This document shows, piece by piece, positions 24,161-35,754 of a stretch of 64,000 nucleotides of DNA. The DNA is from Mobula hypostoma (lineage: Eukaryota), in assembly GCF_963921235.1 (NCBI RefSeq), contig NC_086100.1, positions 48,484,001-48,548,000 on the forward strand. The letters are read 5' to 3'. Below the pieces are notes generated by a model, which did no database searches, was not told the DNA's origin, and saw nothing but the letters and a program-made list of their open reading frames with translations. A program made the translations under genes and the position numbers. Each line of letters starts with the position of its first letter. Position 1 is the first letter of the stretch.

Positions 24161-24769
24161 AATTAGCAATGTATTCCTGAGGGTACTATTGTTGTTAATA
24201 TTAATTAGCCAAATGTTTTTTTAAATATACCACATGTACCTCCTAAAACCCTCAGGACTTGCTGTAATGCTCTGAAAATAAAAGTCTGTTTCCAATATAT
24301 AGTTGTATGGTACTGCTTCCACTCTTTTTTTGCCATTCATCAATGTGGCTAGTGACATGGGGGAAAGTAAACAACACGACCACGCACAAATAGGTGACTT
24401 CTTCAAAAAGGGGAAAACATCCAGTAGCTTAATGCCTGTATTAATTCTCTGAGCAATGCTCGGGACAAGTCTGTGCATTCCGATGACTAGAATTTCTTGG
24501 ATACTGGAGGCAAATAAAATTGACTGTAGAGTAATGATCTGACTAGTGGAAACCTGCCTATGAAATCAGATCAGACAGATAGGGTGATGTACTCACAAAT
24601 TCAGAGGGTTAAGTGTCATAATGGATGAGTTGAAAATACTGCAGGGACATGTGACATCAATTATTCACACTGAAATAACATGTGCGTCATGCACCAGGCT
24701 TAGGATTTCTTCAGCATCATCTCAGAATCTGGGCCCACATGCAGTGGATTAGCTGGGATAAATGAATAT

Positions 24770-25555
24770 AAGACCAGAAGATATAGCAGCAGAATTAGGC
24801 TATTCAGTCCATTGAGTCTGCGTTTGATTATGGCTGATTTATTTTCCCTCCCAATTCCATTCTCTTGCCTCCTCCTGGTAAACTTTGATATCCTTACTAA
24901 TTTGGAACCTATCAATTGCTTTATATATACCCAATGACTTGGCCTCCACAGCTGTCTGTGGCAACGAACTCCACAGATTCACCACCCTTTGGCTAAAGAA
25001 TTTCCTCCTCACCTCTGCTCCAAGGGGGACATTCCTCTATTCTGATGCTGATCCCTCTGGTCCAAGACGCTAACACTATTGGAAGCATTCTCTCCATCCC
25101 CACTCTGTCTAGGCTTTTCAATATTCAGTATATTTCAATGAGATTCCCCCCCACCTTTCTAAAATCCAGTGAGTACAGGCCCAGGGCCATCGAAAGTTCC
25201 TCATATGTTAACCCTTTCACTCCTAAGGTCATTCTTGTGAACCTCCTCTGGACTCTCTCCAATGCCAGCACATCTTTTCTTAGTTATGTTCAAAACTGCT
25301 CACATACTCTGATCAATGCCTTATAAAGCCTTAGTGTTTCATCCTTGCTTTTATGTTCCATTCTCTTTGAAATGTATGCTAACATTCCATTTGCTTGCTT
25401 TACTACTGGCTCAAAATACAAGTTAACCTTCAGGCAATCCTGCACTAGGACTCCAAGTCAGCTTTGCACCTCCAATTTCTGAACCTACGCCCTGCTTAGA
25501 AAATAGTCTACCTCTTTATTCTTTCTACTAAAGTGCATGACTATACAATTCCTGT
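24770..25555 (-). mobile_element. Degenerate CR1 3' portion
   Basis: Reverse complement of CR1 C-terminal region and 3'UTR. Confidence 0.8.
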
Positions 25556-25599
25556 GCTCTAGTTTTGGATTCCCTTTCCCTGGGGAAACCATTGTGACC

Positions 25600-26250
25600 A
25601 GAGTCAGAATCAGAATCAGATTCAACATCACTAGCATATGTCATGAAATTTGTTTGTCACGAGCCAGCAGTACATTGCAATACATAATAATAATAAACTA
25701 TAAATTACAGTAAGAAATATATATAAATTAAATTTACTAAGCAGTGCAAAATGAGAAAGCAAAAAAAAAAGACAAAATAGTGAGATAGAGTACATGGGTT
25801 CATTGTCCATTCAGAAATCTGGTGGCAGAGGGGAAGAACCTGTTCCTGAAACATTGAGTGTGTGTCTTCAGGTTTCTGTACCTCCTTCTTGGTGGTAGCA
25901 ATAATATCAGGGCATGTCCTGGGTAATGGAGGTCCTTAATGGTTGATGCTGCCTTTTTGAGCATCACCTTTTGAAGGTGTTTTCAATGCTGGGGAGGCTA
26001 GTGCCCATTGGAGGTGGCTGAGTTTACAACTTTCAACTTTTTCCAATCCTGTACAGTGGCCCCTCCATGTCAGACAGCGATGCAACCAGTTAGAATGCTC
26101 TCCACAGTACATCTCTAGAAATTTGCAAGAGTCTTTGGTGACATACCAAATCTCCACAAGCTTTTAATGAAACACAGCCGCTGCTGGGTCTTCTTTGTAA
26201 TTGCATCAATGTTGAGCCCAAGACAGATCTTCAGGGATGTTACACCCACT
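25600..26250 (-). mobile_element. Rex1/Babar-like LINE 3' portion
   Basis: (AGAATC)n tail on the + strand at 25602-25622; NFSRCTVESILTGCI-like coding remnants. Confidence 0.8.
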
Positions 26251-26910
26251 TTATGTGTGCCCTTCGTGATTTTATCAACCTCTGCAGGCTACCACGCAGC
26301 CTCCTTCACTCCCTCTGGCCTCTCCTTATAACTCAAACCTTCCTGTCATGGTAATATGCTGGTATCCTTTCTAATTTAATGACAAAACTATAAATGATAC
26401 TCCAAATGTGGCCTTGTCAATATCTTGCACCAGTATGACATGACATCCCCCTTCTGTGCTCAATACCGTGTCCTATGATGGCAAACATGGGAAATATTTT
26501 CTTCACCACCCTGTCTACCTATCGAAGGACTATATACGTGCACTCACCGCCCCCCCAACCCAAGTTCCCCTGTACTGCAACACTCCCCAAATTCCTAACC
26601 TTGCCATGTTCATCTTACATTCCTCAGGCCACTGGTCCAATTGATCTCAATGTCATCTGAGATCATCTTCATCACTCTCCAACATACTACCAATCTTACT
26701 GTCATTGACAAACTTACTTACCATCCTACCACATACTCATCCAAATTGTTAATGTAGAATTGGATCCAGCATTGTTCTCTGTTGCACACCAGTGGTCTTT
26801 GGTCTCCAGCTGGAGAAACAACCCTCCACTTCCACACTCTGTCTCCTGCTGTCAAATCAATTTTCTATCCAATTAGCAAGCTTGCCCTAAACCCCACGTG
26901 ATCTAATCTT
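26250..26910 (-). mobile_element. Degenerate CR1 RT fragment
   Basis: Reverse-complement CR1 RT motifs (RPHLEY, SKFVND, QCWIQ region). Confidence 0.55.
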
Positions 26911-26929
26911 ATTTTTGAACAAGACCCCA

Positions 26930-27330
26930 ATGTTTACCGATGGACCATAGACAGCATCCAATCCAGATGCAACGTGGCGTGGTATGGGAACCACTCTGCC
27001 CATGACCGCAGAGCGTTGGGAATAAATCTCAGCATGTCATGGAAACCAGCCACCCCTCCACAGACTCTGTCTTCACTTCTTGCTGCCTTAGTAACACAGC
27101 CAGCATTTTCAAAAACCCAACCCAGACATCCTCTCTTCTTCCCCCTTCCATTAGGCAAAAGATAAAAATGCCTGAAAGCACATACCACCAGGCTCAAAGA
27201 CAGCTTCTGTCCTGCTGTTATAAGACTGTTGAATGGTCCCCTAGTATGATAAGATGGAAGCTTGACCTCACAATCATTATTGTCAGCATGCACTGTAACA
27301 CTTCATTCCGCATTCTGTTACTGTTTACCC
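26930..27330 (+). mobile_element. Rex1/Babar-like 3' portion
   Basis: YRWTIDSI..AWYGNHSAHDRRAL..LPLGKR remnants. Confidence 0.7.
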
Positions 27331-28169
27331 TTGTTAAGACCTCTCAGGATCTTTTTATTATCCCTTCTCAATCTTCTACTCTCCAGAGAATACAAGCCTA
27401 GCCGAGTCAAGTCTTTCTTTATAACATAGCCCAGTGCTCCATGTTTTATTCTCACTGATATGTCTAATTCGTTGCCTAATGACCTCACACTCCTGGGGCC
27501 AGAACAATAATTGGCCTGTTTGCCTGATGACAGGCCACAAAATACCAAGATTCACACAGGTGTTGTACAGGTCCTCCACAGCCATCCTCGATCTGTGTTG
27601 GTCAGGAAAGAACCAATTTGTTCTGAAACACTTCCAAGGAAAGAGAAGAAAGAATCTATAATATATATTCAGAACCACATTCAGAATTATAAGATACAAT
27701 AGATTACCACTAGGTACACAAGAGACAGCAGACACTGGAAATCAGGAATAACTCACAAGGGTGCTGGAGGAAATCAGTGGGTTGGGCAGCATCTATGGAG
27801 GCAAATGGACAGTCGATGTTTTAGGTCAAGACCCTATATCAGTACTTGCTACCGTTTGCTAGCAAGTTAGAACAAGTGAGGAATCTATAAACTTCACAGG
27901 CTGGAAATGATTCATAATGCATTAGACATTCTTATAGATCATGGAAACAGAATCTGAAACCCTGATGCACCAAGTCAAATCAAAAACAAGATAACTGAAG
28001 ATGCTGGAAATCTGAAATAAAAATCAGAAAATACTGGAAGTAGTTTAAAGAATGCTGGATGATAATATGAGAATAGGGTTATAAAGAGAGCTTTGGGCAC
28101 ATTAACTTTCATAAGGCAGGGCACCGAGTACAGGAATTGGGATGTTAATTCGAAGTTGCATACAACATG

Positions 28170-28995
28170 TGTCTCCAAACACCCCAAACCCATCCTTAAT
28201 AATGGACTCTAACAGCTTACCAACCACTGAAGTCAGGTCAAGTGGCATATAATTTCCTGTCTTTTGCTTCCCTCCTTTCTTAAAGAGTGGAGTGATATTT
28301 GCAATTTTCAAGTCTTCTGAAATCATTCAAAAAATTAGTCATTCTTGAAAGATCACTGCTAGTGCCTCCACAATCTTTTCAGCTGCCTCTTTCAGAACCC
28401 TGGAGTGTTATCTATCTGGTCCGGGTAACTTATCCACCTTCAGACTCTTCAGCTTCCAAAGCATCTTCTCTGTGACAACAGTGGCTACATTCACTTCTGC
28501 CCCCTGATATTCTCAAATTTCTGGCATACTGCTGGTGTTTTCCACGGTGAAGACTGACACAAAATACTCATTCAGTTCATCTGCCATTTCTTTGTTCCCC
28601 AATACTACCTCTCCAGTGTAATTTTCTAGCAGTTCCGCTATCCACTCTTTATATACCTAAAAAAAAACTTTTGGTAGTCTCTTTCATATTATTGGTTAGT
28701 TTATCATCTTTTTCTCTCCATATTACTTTTTTATAGGTCTTCTGTTGACATTAAAAAGCTTCCCTATCTTCTAGTGTTCCAGTAATCTTTGCTGTATTTT
28801 CTGCTTTCTCTTTGGCTTTTATGCACTCTTCAACTTCTCTTGTTAGCCATGACTGCCTCATCTTCCCTTTAGAATGCATTTTCTTTTTTGGGATGAACCA
28901 ATCCTGAATCTTCCGAATTACTCCCAGAAATTCTAACAATTGCTGCTCTACTTTCATCCCTGTTAGTGTCCCCTTTCGATCAATGTTGACCAATA
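28170..28995 (-). mobile_element. CR1 ORF2 middle fragment
   Basis: ORFs EDLKIANITPLFKKGGKQK.GNY..TSVVGKLLESIIKD and FIPKKK..SWLTREV. Confidence 0.85.
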
Positions 28996-29099
28996 TGGTA
29001 AAATTAAGATCAAAGGACAGGTCTGTAAAGGAAGCTGTCTAATTTTCTTGGCATTCATTTAAGAGGGCAATAAATTGGGCAGGTTCCATTAGAAGATTC

Positions 29100-30448
29100 A
29101 AACAAGGGAAAATCTGCAGATGCTGGAAATCCGAGCAACACGCACAAACTGCTGGAGGAACTCAGCAGGCCAGGCAGCATCTATGGAAAAACAAAGTACC
29201 ATCAACATGGCTACCCCTTTTGGATAAGCTGTCTCTGGAAATAGAGACAGTGAGATCGAAAGAGGGAAGGATGGTGTTGGAAATAGACCAGGTGAATTTG
29301 AAGGCAGGACGGAAGTTGGAGGCAAAGTGAATGAAGTCAACAAGTTCAGCATGGGTGCAGGAAGCAGCACCAATACAGTCGTTGATGTAGCGAAGGAAAA
29401 GCATGGGACGGTCACCAGTGTAGGCTTGGACTGTTCCACGTAGCTGATAAACAGGCAGGCATAGCTGGGACCCATACAAGTGCCCATGGCTACCCCTTTT
29501 GTCCTTAACTACCACCCCACAAGCGTCTGCGTCCAGCACATAATTTTCTGAAACTTCTGCCACCTCCAGTGGGATCCCAGCACCAAGCACACCCTTACCC
29601 CCTCCCCCCCAACTTCCTTCTTTCCACAGGGACTGCTCCCTAGGTGACTCCCTTGTCCATTCATCCCTCCCCACTGATCTCCCTCCTAGCACTTATCCTT
29701 GCAAGTGGAACAAGTGCTACAGCTGCCCCTACACCTCCTCCCTCACTACAACTCAGGGCCCTAAACAGTTCTTCCAAGTGAGGCGACACATCACCTGTGA
29801 GTTTGCTGGGGCCATCTACTGTGTTTGGTGCACCTGGTGTGGCCCCCCGTACGTCGGTGAGACCGGACGTAGATTGGGAGATAGCTTCTCTGAGCACCTA
29901 CATCCATCCACCAGAAGAAGTGGGATCTCCCAGTGGCCACCCATTTTAATAATTCCCATTCTCATTCCAATATGTCCATCCATGGCCTCCACCACTGCCA
30001 TGATGAGACCACACTTAGGTTGAAGGAACACCACCTTAAATTCTGTTTGGGTAGCCTCCAACCTGATGGCATGAACATCAATTTCTCAAACTTCTGGTAA
30101 TGCCCCCCAAACACCTTCTCCATTTCCCATCCCCTTTTTCCCTCTCTCACCTTATCTCCTTGCCTACCTATCGCCTCCGTCAGATGTTCCTCCCCCATTT
30201 TCTTTCTTCCATGGCCTTCTGTCTCTTTCACCAATCTACTTCTCAGCTCTTCATTCCATCCCCTTCCCTCCAGGTTTCACCTATCACCTGGTGTTTCTCT
30301 CACCCCTTCCCCCACCTTTCAAATCTACTCCTCAGCCTTTTTTCTCCAGTCCTGTCAAAAGGTCTCGGCCCAAAATGTCAGCTATACTTTTTCTCCCATA
30401 GATGCTGCCTGCCCTGCTGTGTTCCTCCAGCATTTTGTGTGTGTTGCT
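29100..30448. mobile_element. Penelope-like element, inverted composite (minus terminus + RT fragment, then plus GIY-YIG + terminus)
   Basis: MGTCMGPSYACLF..LRYIND on minus; YCVWC..YVGETGRRLGD on plus; degenerate hammerhead motif near 30350-30385. Confidence 0.85.
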
Positions 30449-30714
30449 CCTTTACAGGTTTGTTTCTGGATATGCCCAATGTTTCAATATTTGCTATTTG
30501 ACCTGCTGTGTCTGGCCAATGGCTCAAGTATAACCTCATGGAGCAACAATAAGATGATTTAGTTACTTCCAACCAAACAGTTTTTAAACAAAGGAACATC
30601 TTAATAGCAGTTCTCACGCACCACACTATCCCAGAAAATCATTAAATTGTAGTATCAATATATGAGAAAACTACAACATTGAGAAAACTGGTCTGACTAT
30701 ATTTTACCTCACAT

Positions 30715-31308
30715 CATTATACAAATGTGCAGTGGAGATTATCCTAACATGCTGCATCACTGTATGGTACAGAAGCTGCACTGCGGTGAACTGAAAGACT
30801 CTACAATGAGTAGTCAAAGCTGCCCAATGCATCAGCAGCACCAACCTACCAGCCATCAAGAAAATATACGTATACAGAAAGGTGCTGAGAAACAGCCAGT
30901 ATCATGAAGGATACCAGCTGCCTGGCTCATAGACTGCTTGCCCCACTCCCATCAGGGAGGAGACTACGTAGCATCCACACCAGGACTACCAGACTGAAAA
31001 GCAACTACTCTCCCAAAGCAGTAATGTTGATCAAAACTTCCATCCACTTACTAAACCCTACCACCTCTTTATCAGTTCCTGTCATCACCTTAGTACAGAC
31101 ACCCCTGTGCTAGCATCACTTTATGGACATAGAATCAATCTATGTATATAAGCTATCTTATGTATTTATATTTATTGTTTTTTTTATTATTGTGTTCTTT
31201 GTTCTACTGAGTTTTATTTTGTGCTGCTTCAGATCCGAAGTAACAATTATTTCATTCTCCTGTACACTTGTGTACTGGAAATGACACTAAACGATCTTGA
31301 ATCTTGAA
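30715..31308 (+). mobile_element. Rex1/Babar-like 3' portion
   Basis: MKDT..AHRL..PLPSGRRLRSIHTRTTRLK; (TCTTGAA)n tail. Confidence 0.8.
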
Positions 31309-32589
31309 AAACTACTTTGCTGGCAACAATTCACATGAAGTTTTGATCCATAAAATTCATGGAATAATCAGAAAATCAACAATTAAGATCCAAATAATAT
31401 TCCACTTAAATATTATGTTCCTCAAGGCCAAAAGTATGTTCTATTAATTTTATTTCCCTACAACATTTAATCTCTATATCTTCACATGAGAAGTCAATAC
31501 TACATTGCAATGTTCCATTTTTAGTTGCAATATTTAGTTGCACTAGCTGATGATATGTTCCAAGCTAATAGACGGTTGAAGATCGCATTTTTTGGCAATC
31601 TGCAAGTATTCTTCCTTCCTTCAATTTTTGGTGTAGGCAGATTAGTAAATTCAATCTGCACTGAAATTCACTATTGAGTTTTTTGGGGGGAGTGATAATA
31701 AGAATTGAAACACAGGTCACTTCACTTGTTTTTCTGGTCAAACAACAATTTTACTCTTACCACTAAAATTATTCAAACTTATCCCCTTGGAGCAATGGGC
31801 AGGGCTGTAACATTAAAATAATATAATTATTAACAGAAAGGTAGGACACAAACATTATTCTGTAATTTTAACATTCTTCCCTCAAGATGGTGCTTGTTAT
31901 AATGTTCTCCTCCAAGACCAATGGACTCCCATGTCTGGCCAAGTCTGAAAGAGAAATGTCTCATATAAAAGAAATCAGTTACCAAGATTCAGGAAAACTA
32001 CAGTTGCTTCAGGGCAGCGTACATTTAGGTTAGTTAATCTGATAGTACGCCGCTCAGTTCAGTATGCTGCTCAATTTAACAATGAGTGCATTAGTTAGTT
32101 ACTTAAGTTCAAATACAAACTTCAGAAATTCCAGGGAAATGTCTCAGAAATAAACATACAGCTATCCATTTGACCAAGTGAAGTGTTAATCATTGTGAAA
32201 AAAAACCTGAAATGTTCGATATAAATCCAAAACAGTCTATATCATAACTCACCTCAAAAACCATAGAGGAAAGCTAAAGTTCTATCACAATAAGAAGTAA
32301 GGTCTCAACAAATGCAGCAATCCCAGTGACATTGGGGAAAGTCTTTCCCACACTGCTCACTTTAGAGGTCAAATCAAAAGACTGAAGTTACCTTGCAAAG
32401 CCACAGGAGCCAAAAAAATACAGTATACTGAAGCTTCCATCCAACAAGTGGAACTATAGACCTGTGGTTAGCCAACACTGGTCGACTTACGGATTTGTTG
32501 TGTCTCCTTTCTGTCAGGATGTTAGGCAACCTTTGATATTTTGAAACTATTTGCTGTGGAACTCTGAGGACCATTATAAATTTGGCTCT

Positions 32590-33952
32590 TGTTGCCCAAG
32601 AAGAGATGGGTGAGCTGCCTCAACAACTATCACCCAGTGACAGTCACATCTGCTGTGATGAAATGCTCTGAGAGGTTGGTCATGGCTAGAATCAACTCCT
32701 GCCTAAGCAAGAACTTGAACCTGCTGCAATTTACCTGTTGCCATAATAAGTCCACAGCGGATACAAACTCACCGGCTTGCCACTCAACCTTGGGTCACCT
32801 GGACAACAGTAATACCTATGTCAGTTTGCTGTTTGCTGATTACAGCTTAGAGTTTAACACAATCATACACTCAGTTCTAATCAACAAGCTCCAAAACTTG
32901 GGCCTCTGTGTCTCCCCCTGCAACTGAATGCTTGACTTCTTCAGCGGGACACCGCAATCTATGTAGATTGGAAATAACATCTCCTCCTCGCTGGCAATAA
33001 ACACTAGTGCACCTCAAGGATGTGCACTTAGCCCACTGCTCTACTCTCTCTACACCTACAACTGTGTGGCTAGGCACAGCTCAAATGCCATCTATAAATT
33101 TGCCAATGGCACAACTATTGTTGGCACAATTTCAGATGGTGACGAGGAGGCATACAGGAGCAAAATAGATCAGCTGGTTAAGTGGTGTCACAACAACCAC
33201 CTTGCACTCAACATCAGTAAAACAAAGGAATTGCTTGTGGACTTCATGAACGGGAAGTTGAGGAAACACCAACCAGTCCTCGTTGAGGGATCCGTAGTGG
33301 AAAGGGTGAGCAATTTCAAGCTCCTAGGTGTCAACATTTCTTAAGGTCTATCCTGGGCCCAACAGATTGATGCAATTACAAAGAAGATGTGACAGAAGTT
33401 ATATTTCATTAGGAGTTTGAGAAGACTTGGTATGTTCCAAAGAAACTCAAAAATTTCTATAGATGTACCATGGAGAACACCCTAACTGGTCACATCACCA
33501 TCTGGTATGGAGGGCCCATTGCACAGGATTGGGAAAAAAACTGCAGAAAGCTGCAAAATCAGCCGGCTCCATCATGGGTGCTAGCCTGCCCAGCACTGAA
33601 GACACCTTCAAAAGGCCTCAAAAAGACAGCATCCATCATTAAGGATAAACATCACCCAGCACATGTTCTCCTATCATTACTATTATCAAGAAGGAGGTAC
33701 AGGAGCCTGAAAACACAGATTCAACATTTCAGGAACAGCTCTTTCCCCTCCACTATCAGATTTCTGAATGGACAAATCTATAAACGCTACCCCACTATTT
33801 TTTCCTGTCTTTTTGCACTACTAATATTTTTATATATAAGGTGATTACTGTAATTTATAGTTTTGTTTTATTATTATGTATTGCAATGCCGTGCTGCCAT
33901 AAAACAACAAATTTCACAATAGAGCCCAGTGATATTAAACCTGATTCCAATT
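32590..33952 (+). mobile_element. Rex1/Babar-like LINE, RT to 3' end, degenerate
   Basis: NNYHPVTVTSAVMKC.ERLV, LLFADYS..FNTI, PQGCALSPLL, KFANGTT, LALNISKTKELLVDF. Confidence 0.88.
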
Positions 33953-34497
33953 CTATCTGCCAGAAAACCTCAGGGATTTTCAGAAATCCATTTACTGTAT
34001 ATCACATGGATTAGATAACAAAAGCTCATTCACCATAATTGTTCTTAAGGTAACGTGCAAAAATTCAATTCAGTAAGCTGATGGTCCTTTTTGATACAGT
34101 TAGCAGGTACAAAATCCTTGTAAATTATTGAGGGGTTTGATTTCACTGAAAAAATGGAAGCAAGCAAAACAAAATAAAAATGTCTACAAGTTCTGATAAT
34201 GTCACTGAAATTCCCAGAGATTAACCAATGTCCCAACAAGCCTTCAGATTCCCTTAAATTCAAAAAAAAACGCTTAGTTTTTATAGCAATATAATGGGCG
34301 TTCATGAATTTTTCTTGTTAACCTTAAGAAATTAATCCAGCAAGCTTCACTCCTATCTGGGTTGACAAGAATTTATTAACAATACAGTATATAATTTTCT
34401 CCCTTTTAGAAGTTTAGAAAATAGCTCTCATATTCCAAAATATCGTAGCAGATATAATAAAAAGTTTACTGAGTAAATGCAGAAAATATATTGAAGT

Positions 34498-34570
34498 AAC
34501 CTGCTGAGTTCCTCCAGCATTTTGTTTGTGTTGCTCGGATTTCCAGCGTCTGCAGATTTTCTCTCATTTG
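34498..34570 (+). mobile_element. Penelope-like terminal fragment
   Basis: CCTGCTGAGTTCCTCCAGCATTTTG..CTGCAGATTTTCTC terminus. Confidence 0.65.
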
Positions 34571-34689
34571 TAAATATATTAAAGTAATAGCCAATAGCCT
34601 TACTGAGTCATAGTCAGAGAGAGCACAGAAATGGGGTCCTTGATCCAACACTTCAATATTAATATATTTGCCCACATCAATTTGGTACC

Positions 34690-35440
34690 TTTCAATTTGA
34701 AAAGTCTAGCTCAATTACTCTTAAATGTTATGATCGTATCCGATCCACACCTCCTTTGGTAGCCAGTTCCAGAGATCAATTCCTTTTGTAAAATCTCTCC
34801 CCTTAAATCTCCTTTAAAATTCCTTCTCTCACCTTAAACCAATGTCTTCCTGTTTTGCTACCTCTATAATGGGAAAAAAGGTTTTGGTTTCCTACCTACC
34901 TATGCCCCTTATAATTTTGGATACTTCCATCAGGTCATTGGGACCATGTCAAATGCCTTACTAGGATTTATAGACCATATCTACAACCCTGTCTACATCA
35001 CTATTTTTGTTACCGCTTCTAAAAATTCAAACTAATGAAACAAGATTTCTCCTGCCAAATTATGGTGATTATCCCAAATGTACATAAATCCTATCCCTTA
35101 GAATTTCTTCCAATAATTTCCCTACCTCTAATGTAAGGTTCACTGGTCTGTGGTTGCCTGGTTTATCCCAGCTGTCCTTCTTAAATAAACATCATTAGCT
35201 AACTTCCAATATTCCAGAGTCCAGTTGTGGCAATTGAAGACAAAAACATCATTGTCAGAGCCCAAGCTACTTCCTCCCTTGCTTCCAATGGCTTCCTGAG
35301 GCAGATGTCATCTGATCCTAGGGATTTATCAGCCTTTAAGCACCTACTCTTTCTTAAAATTGACATGCTCCACTCTATCAATGTATTTTTCCCTGAATGC
35401 AGTATCTTCCACATCTCTAAGCACCACTTTTCTCTTTAGA
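34690..35440 (-). mobile_element. Degenerate CR1 fragments
   Basis: LKADKSLGSD..EAREEV..ALT..F..S..TG motif in ORF 35199-35414. Confidence 0.65.
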
Positions 35441-35754
35441 GTTGCTGGATCTGTGGCACGGAGCTGGATTAAGCCCCAGGTAGACGTCTCCATTCCAACT
35501 ACCATTTGAGAGCTAATGTAAGCGTGAGTCCGTTTTCCATTATCTGCTTTCTCTTTAAGCACAAAATTTTTTTTTTTGGTACATTCACAAGAAAGCCATC
35601 AAATCCATGAGGTTTTGAATATTTTATCAAACATTTTAAAAACTTCTTATCCTTCTGTTTCCTCTGATTAAAGTTAAAACAGTAGCTTTGAACTCAGTTG
35701 TTCATTGGCATTCCCTCCAAGTAAAAATTGCTTTGTATTAACTAACAATAAGAA

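Noticed and set aside
30350-30385. Further hammerhead motifs (also ~15215, ~27815, ~49700, ~58755)
   Set aside because: Core boxes or stems are mutated, so they were counted as PLE relics rather than ribozymes
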